Positions 39,201 to 48,413 of a stretch of DNA of 64,000 nt are shown here, one piece after another. Origin of the DNA: Candidatus Latescibacterota bacterium (GTDB lineage Bacteria > Latescibacterota > UBA2968 > UBA8231); contig OZ253462.1 of assembly GCA_965261395.1 (NCBI GenBank), positions 6,368,001 through 6,432,000 of the forward strand. Reading direction: 5' to 3'. Within the stretch, counting starts at the first letter, position 1. Each line of letters begins with the position of its first letter. Under the pieces are notes generated by a model. The model was not told the DNA's origin, did not search any database, and saw only the letters and a program-made list of their open reading frames with translations. A program made the position numbers and the translations under genes.

Positions 39201-40015
39201 CTCAACCCATAGAACATTTCGTGCCAGTTTTTATAAGTGACGCTGGGGAAGTAGACGAGGAGATTGGTCGCAACTTGGTCCGGCGAGCGTGTCGATTCGA
39301 GGACGTAGAACAGGGGATAGAACCGGCTGACATTCCCGATAATCTTGGCCAGATATCTGAGCTTGCCGACCAGTTCATTAACTCCAAGCAGGAGACACTC
39401 CAACAGCAGGCTGAGAGTCAAGCCACTGAGCGAATTGATAGGGAAGTCGCTAGACTAGAGAAATGGTTCGACTATAGAGAAACCTCCGCCAGGGACAAAG
39501 TAGAAGCGACTCATTCCACAGTAAGCCGCTTTCAAGAGAGCCACGAAGCGGCGCATCGCCAAATCTTGCCCGCCTGGGAAGACAGGCTCAGACGAGACGA
39601 GGAACTGCTCAGCAACTTACCAAAAGATCGCCAACGCCGGATCGACGAGTTGGAAAAATATCGGTATCCACAAGTCGCTTGGGCCCTTAACTCCCTCGGT
39701 CGCATTGAAGTAATCGCTGGTGGCGAGGACTGTACCCAAACGACGGAGGATAAGCCGATGGCTACTCAAGACCAAATAGATAATCACCGAAGGGAGTTAA
39801 TCAACGAATTTTGTGGTTTGTTGACGCAACACAAAGATTTTGTCAATACGACCACGGATGAGATTAAGGATATTCTAATACATAAAAGAGACAAAGATCG
39901 TTTCTCAGAGGAGGATATGACCAGAGCGCTTAAAACTTTTTTGAGGAAGCAAAAAGGAGTAAGTCCTCTCCGTGTGAGGGATATGTGGGAAATTAAGCCG
40001 CCGTTGAATCCATGA
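36185..40015 (+). CDS. DUF4926::SNF2-family (RapA/DrmD-like) helicase fusion
   Basis: N-terminal ELDVIAL...GLKVGDTGTIV...EVEF (DUF4926-like), then DEVGLGKT, DEAH, TATP, EGRNFQ, QRIGRVDRIGQ. Confidence 0.85.
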   Translation: MFKELDVIALTTEIPPDRIWDIPPSSPLSENRNLGEGLKVGDTGTIVYIQGNEEALEVEFLGPDGNTVAIATVLPSQARLAEQEDLTKRSPQKEAGDDHRNYNEQDIRVGALVQWTSRPEAYGVVAKIEAGRIHVRWDDDENIPTQFVESGPPLTRVKLQRKTLQRRSTGEKATVLAPLQAEKPAWECFVEGGETINVPEADLRPLRITNPVERLKVGEIGSLQQYRLQQVTRSYQTLHLYDDLISLGQVGVDIKPHQVSVVHKVISNYPHRFLLCDEVGLGKTIEAGMILKELRARGGARRVLIIVPPSLVRQWQFEMKTKFNEIFAVLNRDTVKFLENQGDTGNPFLHRDSILCSSGWIVNDSWAKACTEVDWDLIIVDEAHHARRQASGEMVRLYRLVRDLADPEHCTSRGVLLLTATPMQLHPYELYSLIELLDPALFPSEEHFEKHRQEMPGLSQFVEDLNRHEFRLPTESLNGTTEKVANWLDSDVEVVRKRLSAGIEEQKKIANELADRHLLSEVLIRNRKSVVGGFMPRVANRWEVELTTEERTALQAVEEYVQYGFQLADLHSDRSAGFVMVVYQKMMASSIAAIRESLSRRREKIEAGIKASWSSTDVTELEERLDADEDASDVAGSAGIATKAELSLLDKAIRALGQVKSDSKSRVLVERLTELFDDSPNGEKVLVFTQFRETQRHLEDLIKDQGWGVNIFHGGMKPEEKDRAVELFKNDTGPQVLISTEAGGEGRNFQFCHLLVNYDLPWNPMKVEQRIGRVDRIGQEHTVKIFNLWAKDTIEERVLDVLENRIKVFEETVGGLDPILGGTEGDIKKIMRLAMEKRESAHKEFGKRVEGDVRRAREAEGKLGDFIMDTKSFRREIAERIAGKPSPITDDALDLFIGQLLSDKRTYIKPRGNIYELTFRGEFVETHKDLFPVGLKQKVVFRPDQRPDAEDVEFMTFGHPIVDAIVASVLSESYGGTTGTRRIPASDDLSPTSGWLFNYQLKVPGPQPIEHFVPVFISDAGEVDEEIGRNLVRRACRFEDVEQGIEPADIPDNLGQISELADQFINSKQETLQQQAESQATERIDREVARLEKWFDYRETSARDKVEATHSTVSRFQESHEAAHRQILPAWEDRLRRDEELLSNLPKDRQRRIDELEKYRYPQVAWALNSLGRIEVIAGGEDCTQTTEDKPMATQDQIDNHRRELINEFCGLLTQHKDFVNTTTDEIKDILIHKRDKDRFSEEDMTRALKTFLRKQKGVSPLRVRDMWEIKPPLNP

Positions 40016-40346
40016 GCGCCACTTGGTTGCACTGATGGTATTACTGTCGCCTGCCTCTGTTCAGTATAATCCCCCCGCGTTACAAGCAACGGCTGCTGGC
40101 TGCCGGTCGCCGTGATCGCGGCCGCTGAAAGGCAAAGGAAGACACTACCTCGTCCGCTGATCGCCCGATGGCCTATCCAGCGGCACGCCCCATAGGAAGG
40201 ATCGGTAATTTGTCACTTATCGTAGTCGTATGCCTGACGGCTCTCGTAGCAACCGCGCCGCTTTTTGCCCAGGAGAGGGAAGAGTCCGCCGCCGGTATCG
40301 AAGTTTCCCAGTGAAGCACTGTCCATTGGCCCGGAATTCAGTCTTA

Positions 40347-41432
40347 TTGACCTCTGCATTTTTAAAGGAATAGTTTATATTCATTTATATGAGACCTAAA
40401 GGTAGTGCCGATCGGCTGGAATATCGTCGTCAATGGGCGGCTCAGTTGCTTGATGCCGGCAAAGGCGTCAACGAAGTAGCTCGTCTGGTCCAAGTCTCCC
40501 CTTCCTCGGTGTCTCGTTGGAAGTCGATGAAAGCGCAAGCCGGCGAGGCGGGACTCAAAGCCAAACCGCATCCGGGTCGGGGCTGTCAGTTGAGTCCCCA
40601 AGACAAGGATCAGTTGAAACAGCTTCTACTCCAAGGTCCCCAGGCGGCTGGCTTTGATAGCGCGCTGTGGACCTGTCGGCGTGTCGCGCAGGTGATGGCC
40701 CAAACGTTTGGGGTGTCCTATCATCCCGATCACGTGGGTCGTCTGCTGCATGGGTTGGGTTTTTCATGCCAGTATCCCCAGCACCGGGCGCGCGAACGGG
40801 AGGAGGAGGCCATCCGCCAATGGCGCTTAGTGGAGTGGCCGCGGATTAAAAAAAAGCCCGGCACCAGGGGGCGACCATCGCCTTGATGGATCAGAGCGGC
40901 TTCATGCTGCAACCCACCCGTCGTAGGACGTGGGCTTTGTCGGGTCACACGCCCATACACAAGGTGTGGGATCGCCACGATCGCTTGTCGGTTCAGGCCG
41001 CCGTTACCTTGCCGCCTCGGCGCCAGCGGTTGGGCGTTTATTTCCGAATGTATGAGCATAATATCGACCGGCAGGATGTGGTATCCTTTGTCGGTCATCT
41101 GCTGCGTATGATACGACGCAAGGTCGTGCTCATTTTGGATCGGTGGAGTGTCCATCGCGCCGCGGTGGCGGTATTGCACAAAAGGTATCCGGATCGACTC
41201 ACCATCGAATGGTTGCCCGCCTATGCACCCGAATTGAATCCGGCTGAACAGGTCTGGAATCATACTAAGTATGGCGATCTAGCCAACTTCATTCCAGACC
41301 ACATCGACGACGTAGCAGATGCGGTCTGCATGTCAATCACCGCCCAGCATCACGATAACGACCTGATTCGAGGCTTCTTCAAGTATGCACAACTTAAACT
41401 GTAAAACATTCCTTTATATTTGCAGGACTCAA
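40347..41432 (+). mobile_element. IS630-family insertion sequence
   Basis: TA target duplication (40345-46, 41433-34); imperfect TIRs TTGACCTCTGCATTTTTAAAGGAAT / TTGAGTCCTGCAAATATAAAGGAAT. Confidence 0.88.
40389..41404 (+). CDS. IS630 transposase (HTH ORF 40389-40886 + DDE ORF, joined by a -1 frameshift)
   Basis: A8G slippery run at 40848-40856; DQSGF, ILDRWSVH, LPAYAPELNPAE motifs. Confidence 0.88.
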
Positions 41433-41621
41433 TAGTAGAGCTTCATCGAAGAATGGATTCGCCTTCAACACCCTTTATCTAGGCGGTCGGGGTGCCTTCT
41501 CTCTGCGGGTCAACACGATGTCCGGGGCCTATGTCCTTGTACAGGGGGCTCTTTCGGTTGTAAACAATGGGGCCAGTACCGCTATATAATTGCTAATAAG
41601 CCCCTACCAGGAGAAATATAG

Positions 41622-41816
41622 ATGGAATGGTTAAAGAATATAGCTATTAATCTAAGAGCCACTGGCCCTGCTGCTGTAATAATAGTATGGCTTATATGCT
41701 CCACTGTATTAGGAATATGGGGTAATGGACCGCAAGCAAAAAACGCTATGCTGCTTATGTTTTTTGCGGGGGGTGGAATTATTATATCCCTATCTAGGAA
41801 AGTCAAGGATAGCTAG
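41622..41816 (+). CDS. Small two-TM membrane protein
   Basis: AGGAG RBS; two hydrophobic segments; AT-rich. Confidence 0.6.
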   Translation: MEWLKNIAINLRATGPAAVIIVWLICSTVLGIWGNGPQAKNAMLLMFFAGGGIIISLSRKVKDS

Positions 41817-41939
41817 AGGCGGCATGTTTGTGTGCGCTGGTCTCCTTGGCAAAAACCGTGCCAACCACCCCTTATTTTTCGTACTCACCCACTACCCGAA
41901 ATTCAGCCGACACATCTAACCTAAAAAGGAGATTATCTC

Positions 41940-42416
41940 ATGGCACTCAGATTCAATACGTTGGTTCGGCACGACCGACCCGATATCACCGGCCTAGAGG
42001 AGGCCGCTGATTTCGTGCGCACAAAGACGGCTGATTTAGAGTCGATGGTGTTCATGTCTCACAAGACTGGCGACATCCATGCGGAGATAGAGGCAATGCG
42101 CATCGCTGAAAAGCACCACGTGCGGGTATATATGGCCGAATGGGACGAAAATGTAGTTGGCGACACAGACGAACTGCCCGACCAAATTATGGACGCTATT
42201 CAGGAAAGCGACGCATTCTTGGTCCATGTAATAGCTCAGATCAAAAACTCGATGTGGATTGGGTACGAAATTGGTGGGGCACACGCTATGAGCAAGGAGC
42301 GGGCCAGGATCATGCACACCAAGATAGATGATGATGATCTGATCTCCGTCGTGAGAGCCTTAGATCCCTTGGGTACTCCGTTTGAAGTGGACTCTTGGAT
42401 CAGACGCAACGCATAA
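41940..42416 (+). CDS. Stand-alone TIR-domain protein
   Basis: VFMSHKTGD, IQESDAFLV, SMWIGYEIG (catalytic Glu of the WxxxE motif); AAGGAG RBS. Confidence 0.8.
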   Translation: MALRFNTLVRHDRPDITGLEEAADFVRTKTADLESMVFMSHKTGDIHAEIEAMRIAEKHHVRVYMAEWDENVVGDTDELPDQIMDAIQESDAFLVHVIAQIKNSMWIGYEIGGAHAMSKERARIMHTKIDDDDLISVVRALDPLGTPFEVDSWIRRNA

Positions 42417-42433
42417 TTGAGAGGTGGAATAGG

Positions 42434-42892
42434 ATGTGTTCCAACAACATCGACATCCAGTTCGAGACGTACAAGCTTCACGCCGAGCTTGCAGAGCGGG
42501 TAGCCCATATCAGAGAGAGCCTGAACAGGTTGTATTCGGGCATGGTCGTCGGTCTCGTTGCAGCGATGGTCCTCGTGAACCGACTCGCTACAGGAACGGA
42601 GAACCGACTCGCTATAGAGACGGATATAACTTGGTTGTTTTACGCACTTGGTGCTGTGATATCTATAACGTGGATGCTCTCGATACATTCGGTGAGGGGC
42701 CGGCTGAAGGCAAAGCACGCCGTTTTGGTGGCCCTGGAGGATAAGCTACCATTCAAATTTCTGCGCCAAGAAGAAGAGGAGTACAACAAGGGGTGTTTGG
42801 TCTTGAGAAGGTCGTGGTCAGGGGTGGTGATGCCGTCGCTCTTATTAATCTATTGCATCGTGCAGCTAATTCAATATTTTTTCTGCGGCTGA
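42434..42892 (+). CDS. Multi-TM membrane protein resembling RipA/8xMP- or Pycsar-TM-type pore-forming effectors
   Basis: FETYKLHAELAERV...NRLY-TM-TM-W...KAKHAVLVALEDKLP...TM pattern; GAGG RBS; starts 17 nt after the TIR stop. Confidence 0.65.
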   Translation: MCSNNIDIQFETYKLHAELAERVAHIRESLNRLYSGMVVGLVAAMVLVNRLATGTENRLAIETDITWLFYALGAVISITWMLSIHSVRGRLKAKHAVLVALEDKLPFKFLRQEEEEYNKGCLVLRRSWSGVVMPSLLLIYCIVQLIQYFFCG

Positions 42893-43411
42893 GGCGAGAA
42901 GCACCCACACAGGCACAAAACAGCAAAAATCGCGGTCGGGGGCCGTCGATTGGGACATGCCCCCCCTCGATTTCCTACCCGCGCTCCATCCTCTGCCCTG
43001 CCGCTGGCCGCGCCCCAGGCCCTACCGCCGCCGTCCCGACCACTCACCGACCCCACCAGCCCACCGCCCCACGCCGCGCTAGCTAGCCGAGGCCGTCCCC
43101 GCGCTGTCCGCGCCGCTCCCACCAACCCCATGCACCGCACCGGCCCAACCCTCGCCAGTGCCGCCGATCCGCGCCGAGGTCGCCCACCGTGCCCCCGTCG
43201 AGGCCGTCCGCCGCTGGCCGTCCGCCGCCGTCCCGATCCCGACCGCCCCGCTTCGCCCCCCATCAAGCCCGTCGAACCGGCCCGCAAAGAAAGTTCTTGA
43301 CTTGCTCAAATCACTCCATATATCCCAAAGTATCCGCCCTGTTGGTGGTGTGCCTGATCGCGTTTAACGAGCCTGCACCGCGTTGGATCCACCCCGAACC
43401 CCGAGAGCCGC

Positions 43412-43684
43412 TGTAACGCCGTCTAATCGACGAGCGGCCCAAGACGCCCGAACACACCGGCCAGCCCGAGGACGTGGGCGAGCGACGCAAAAGCGCGACG
43501 GGATTGGGTAAAGTTGCCGCTCAGAGCGTTTCCGCCGGCGTCCGCGATCGGCCGCAGCTCGGGGCCCAGCTCGTAACCTGCTTATTCCCGCCGATCCACC
43601 GCCCCAGACGCCGCCAGACGTAGCCGGCCGCCTCGATGCCAGCGACACCCCCGGACGCCGGCGCACGGCTCAGACGGCGTTACA
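43412..43684. mobile_element. Possible MITE / IS-end remnant bounded by 13-bp inverted repeats
   Basis: TGTAACGCCGTCT (43412-43424) and AGACGGCGTTACA (43672-43684); TG...CA ends; no TSD seen. Confidence 0.45.
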
Positions 43685-46152
43685 TCACCCCAAGGTCGCT
43701 TCAACTCTGTGCCGCACGGTACGATCAACGCAGTAGGGTGAGCTTGCGCGTCAGGACGCCCTCGGTCGTTACCAGCCTATATAGGTAGATGCCGCTGGCC
43801 AGGGGGCGGCCCTCCTCGTCCTGGGCATTCCAGTGGAGGCGGTGATAGCCGGCCTGCTGCGGTCCTTGGCGTAAGACCGCCACCCGCTGCCCGATCACCG
43901 AGAACAGTTCTAGGCGCGTCGGCCCCGATTTCGGCAGGAAGTAGGAGAGGACCGTCTCGCTGTTGAACGGGTTGGGCACGTTCTGCTCAAGCTGCACCGT
44001 AGTTGGCTGGGCGGCTAGCGGCTTGGCACTGCCTTGTTCGATCTCGAAACGAAGGATCTCGGTAAAGTCCGCCAAGAACTTGTTTTGAGCTTTGTCCCAT
44101 ACCGTCATCTCAGCCAGCCCCCAAGTTCCAGGGACACTGCCTACCGGCAAGGTGATGGTGTACTCATACGTCTCGTACACCGTCGGATCGCCTTCAAAAT
44201 AGACCTTGTAATAGTCGTGCCGGTGATGCCTAAAAAAATGCTCTACGCCTTGGGGATCGCGTAAGTACATGTCGGTAGACCGATAGCCGCTGATATTGTC
44301 TTTGACTTTGAAGGTGATATCGACCCTCGTCTCTCCATTGGGAGTCTCCTTGTTAGTCGGTTCAGCCTCAATCGTGATGTTGTTTAGGTCGAGTGTGGGC
44401 CGTTGAGTATCCGGAGTGGTCGTCTGGATAGTGATAGAGGCCGGTTCTTCGTCAATGACTCGTTGCTCTTCTCTTAGCCCGTGTCCTGGATGGGTGAAGT
44501 ACACGCCACGGCCGTTGAGTGCAATATCTTCCATTATTATATAGTTGAGTTTCCACACGCCGCTGGGGAAGTAATCAGGAACCACCATATCAACAGAAGC
44601 GATCCCCGTTGCATGATCATAATCGCCCCAATTTTCTGAACGACGAGAAGCGGTCTCGGCGTCCCCATCGTTGAGCTGAGCCAACACTCCGTTTATGCCA
44701 TTGGCCTCAAAAAGCTTCCATTGAGCGGTCAATATCTGATACGGCCTCCCCGCTTCGGTGGCATCCCTGAGAGATAGCTCCATCGAATTCTTGACATAGA
44801 CCGGGGGGTCGGTGTCGGCGAGTGGATTGTCAATATACAACTTCCAACCAAAATCGGCCTGCGATTCGTGTCGTTCGTTGCCATGTCGGTCTGTAAGCGT
44901 GATCTGATCGGGTCGCCAGTAGCCATCAGCGATATACTTGGAAAGCGTGATCCTCCCGCGCAAGATATAGCCTATTTCAATGCGCCGGCCGTTGGTATCA
45001 ACAGGATCAAGCCAAAGATCAAAGAAGGTGCCTTTATCGCTGAAGATCCTCAGTTGAGACGCATCGACCAAGTCCAAGTCGCCCTCTTGGTGAAGCTCAA
45101 TTTCTATCGTTATCTCTTTATCTTCCTCCGGCTCGCCCTCGACTTGTATATCAACGCGCACGATTCGCCCCGGGTACACCACATCGGGATACAGATTGTA
45201 CACCTCAAAGGTCAGATCCTCACGAATCCGTGAGATATAGCGCGTCCCATGCATGATCCTGTTCTGTATGAACTCATACTTGGCGGGCGCTCTTGAGCGC
45301 AGCTTATCCGGCGTTACGATATAATAGCTGATGCTCTCGGCCATGTCCTCATCGGGATTTTTTGCATGGGCATAGGCAGAGACAAACTCGGTCTGCTTGG
45401 TCGTAGACCATCCCTCCTGGTCGCGCGAGCTGGCGAAACTTGCAGGGCCACCGGCTGAGGGTGCACAGCCTTGCTCAAGGACATCGAACAAGGATCCCGA
45501 TAAGAGGACCTCTTGACAGCGAGTGTCCTCTTCTTGCCCCTGGTCGGCTATGTTGCCATCGCTTTTATACCACCCTCCTAATTCGATCCAGTCTTGCTTG
45601 AGCTGCTCATCAAACAGATGCTCCCAGAGAAAGTGTGCCTTCTCGTGAAGGATCAAGCGGTGCATATAGGCTGGCCCAGACTCTTTGAAAGCTGATTCCA
45701 TGAACTCGATATAGCCTTCGGTTGTCCATGCCACCGCCGGCGCAGCGGGATAAAGAGGATGGGGTGTCCCATCTAGCCGGCGAACCAAGTAATTCAGACC
45801 GGCCGTATGACGCATTCCACTGGGAAACTCTTCCAGCATGGAGGCAATCGAAATCAGCTCTTCATTCTTGAATTCGGCGAAACGGCTCGAAGACTCCTTT
45901 GTCGTATTCTTTGTCAGCTCACGATAGTCCGGCACGTTCAAGCTGATGGCATAGCGCTCTTGCAATATACGTTCCAGCGCATGTCGATCGGAGCCATTAT
46001 CCGTTACAAACCGGACTACAGCACGATGGAGTCTTTTAGAAAAGAAACGCCCACGAACCCCTTCTATTTCAGCTAAAAGAGGTTCGGCGTAGGTGAAAGC
46101 CTCTCGGGCAACCGTTACGCGCCGTTGCCCATCCTCTACTGTGATCTGAATA

Positions 46153-47337
46153 GGCTTTGGTGCATGAATTGGTGTTTTTTTCGGTTGATCGGTTGAATAA
46201 AAACAGGCTCCTCAGTAGATTGAGCACGACTTTCGCCAAAAAACCCATGCTTTCTCGTCCAAGGAACCTGTCATGGCCAACCTATCGTCTTGCCCCTCTT
46301 CCGTCAAGCCTGGTCGCTCGCCTCGCCGTCGCTCCAACGTCGTGTACCGGGTACGTAATTGGGCCGACTATGAGGCCGGGCTGCAACAGCGCGGTAGTCT
46401 GACGGTGTGGTTCACGCCCCAGGCCGTCGAAGCTTGGTATTATCAAGGGCCGCCTCAGCGGGGGGCGCAATATACCTTTTCGGAGGTCGCCATCCAAACG
46501 GCGTTGACGCTGCGTCTTTTGTATCACTTGCCCCTACGCCAAACCGAGGGGTTTGTCGCTTCGGTGTTGGCCCTGATGGGCTTGGATCTGCGGGTGCCCG
46601 ATCACACGACCCTGTCGCGCCGTCAGGCGGGTTTAGCCGTGGCGTGGCCGCCCCAGCGGGGAGACCAACCGATGCACTTGGTGGTGGATTCGACCGGGCT
46701 GAAAGTGTATGGCGAAGGCGAATGGAAGGTGCGTCAGCACGGCTGGAGCAAGCGGCGCACGTGGCGCAAATTGCACCTCGGGGTTAATGAAGCCACCGGC
46801 GAGATCGTCGCGCAGACCTTGACGACGAATAGCCACGATGATGCGGGGCAGGTGGAGCCGTTGCTGGCACAGATCGAGGCCCCCGTGGAGGCGTTGGGCG
46901 GCGATGGGGCCTATGACAAACGCAAGGTGTTCAAGGCGTTGGCCGCGCCCGAGCAGGGGGCACCTATTCATCCGATCATTCCGCCGCGCAAGGACGCCAA
47001 AATCGAGCAACATGGCAACACCAACGCCGAGCCGTTGCCCCGCGATGAGACGATTCGAGCCATCCGCAAACGGGGCCGTCGAGGTTGGAAACACGAGAGC
47101 GGCTATCATCGACGCTCGGTAGCCGAAACGCAGATAGGCCGCTACAAACAGATACTTGGTGACACCTTGCGCACCCGAACCCTAACCAACCAACAGACCG
47201 AAGCGCGGTTGGGCTGTGCCTTGCTCAACCGGATGCGGGCGTTGGCGAAACCTGAGTCCTATCCGCTAACCAAAAAAGCGTAAATCACACGCGAAAGAAG
47301 CCAACACGGCCCCGACCGGTTTTCATGCAACAAAGCC
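46153..47337 (+). mobile_element. IS5-family (IS903-like) insertion sequence, 1185 bp, copy 2
   Basis: Same TIRs and length as copy 1, opposite orientation; 9-bp TSD ATCTGAATA at 46144-46152 and 47338-47346. Confidence 0.95.
46273..47283 (+). CDS. IS5-family DDE transposase
   Basis: Protein identical to 10141-11151. Confidence 0.95.
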   Translation: MANLSSCPSSVKPGRSPRRRSNVVYRVRNWADYEAGLQQRGSLTVWFTPQAVEAWYYQGPPQRGAQYTFSEVAIQTALTLRLLYHLPLRQTEGFVASVLALMGLDLRVPDHTTLSRRQAGLAVAWPPQRGDQPMHLVVDSTGLKVYGEGEWKVRQHGWSKRRTWRKLHLGVNEATGEIVAQTLTTNSHDDAGQVEPLLAQIEAPVEALGGDGAYDKRKVFKALAAPEQGAPIHPIIPPRKDAKIEQHGNTNAEPLPRDETIRAIRKRGRRGWKHESGYHRRSVAETQIGRYKQILGDTLRTRTLTNQQTEARLGCALLNRMRALAKPESYPLTKKA

Positions 47338-47774
47338 ATCTGAATATCATGCTCTATATGGTCATCGCTTAATTCCCAAAAGGAAGGGACTACTTGGGGT
47401 TCATCCTCGTAAGAATCATTAGTATCCTGTGGTATAGATTCAAAAGTTCGCATCAAGCTATAGGCTTCTTGGGCCGTCCATGCGGTATCAAGATGGACAG
47501 AGTATTCCATCCTTAATTGCAAGGATGCACTGTGCGAAGTAACGTCCACGACTTCATCTAAAAGCTCTACCTGTACCGGCTCGATAAGGCTTGCGCTTTC
47601 AGTGCCGGAGATCGTCTCATCTATCTCCCAATGGTACGTATAGGCTTCGCTTTGGGAGGCTAAGACGCCAGACGCCAACGAGAAAACAACTGCGAGAGTG
47701 CGTATCATACTCAACCTGCTGTGTGATGGGTGATTAGCATGGACTTCTTGCCAAGATAGGAGATTCCCCTGTTA

Positions 47775-48018
47775 AGAAGCTGTCTGAAAACCCCTAGTGG
47801 CTTCGCGCGGCTGCAAAGCGGTGGTCGGAACACGCCCGGAATTCCCAGACAGCTTCCTAACAGACACAAGTCAAAAAGAAAAACGTGTGCAAAATACATA
47901 GAAAAACGTGTGCATACAAACATATAAGCTTAGGAACTCCGAAAAACAAGAACGCTCCATTCTAGGGATTCTCGACCACTGCTCAACACGGTCCGCCGGG
48001 AGTTTTCAGACAGCTTCT
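47775..48018. mobile_element. MITE-like element with 17-bp terminal inverted repeats
   Basis: AGAAGCTGTCTGAAAAC (47775-47791) / GTTTTCAGACAGCTTCT (48002-48018); extra internal CAGACAGCTTC and a duplicated GAAAAACGTGTGCA. Confidence 0.55.
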
Positions 48019-48413
48019 AAGACAACGGCCAACCCAAAATAATTCATAGACCCATATTTATCCCAATGAACAGAAAGCCCCAAAGGGGCCGGGCCTGTTC
48101 ACGTTCCCACAGAGTTGTCAAGGAAAGTCTGCCTATTTACCTAGACAAAGGGAGCTACCCTCGTCGGATTCAAGGCTCTTGTATTTAGCAGAGGACCCGA
48201 CGAATCGGGACTCTGTGAGGAACATGAACGTGTTAAGGGTACTAGCCGTTGTACAAAAAATCAAGTTCTAACACACTTACTCTAAATTTCAAAATAGCCC
48301 ACTACCCAATTTCACTATAGCAACCCTGAAAGACTTGAACGATTCGAGATGCGGAGCGTCTTGTTTCTACTATTCTGCGTCCATCTGCGTCCATCTGCGG
48401 ATACAAAACGCAA

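Larger units (their letters stand above)
43725..47708 (-). pseudogene. Secreted zinc-metallopeptidase-like protein with C-terminal FlgD-Ig/secretion tail, interrupted by IS copy 2
   Basis: Signal peptide MIRTLAVVFSLASGVLA; rejoined frame HIEHDIQ|ITVEDGQRR...; HEKAH, YAHAKNPDEDMAE, QNVPNPFNSET...ASGIYLYRL. Confidence 0.82.

Noticed and set aside
36185-40015. Complete DISARM/BREX system around the SNF2 helicase
   Set aside because: No drmA/B/C, methylase, pglZ or brxC genes nearby.
40200-40345. Signal-peptide-like fragment (LIVVVCLTALVATAPLFAQ) left of IS630
   Set aside because: It stops before the IS and has no clear start or continuation; at most an unidentifiable remnant.
43325-43352. AAGTATCCGCCCT as an oriT nick site
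   Set aside because: Only loosely similar to known nic sequences, and no relaxase gene is seen in the window.
10087-47337. Composite transposon formed by the two IS5 copies
   Set aside because: Each copy has its own distinct TSD on both sides, so they inserted independently.
48373-48402. TCTGCGTCCA short tandem repeat
   Set aside because: About 2.5 copies only; REP-like low-information repeat with no supportable function.
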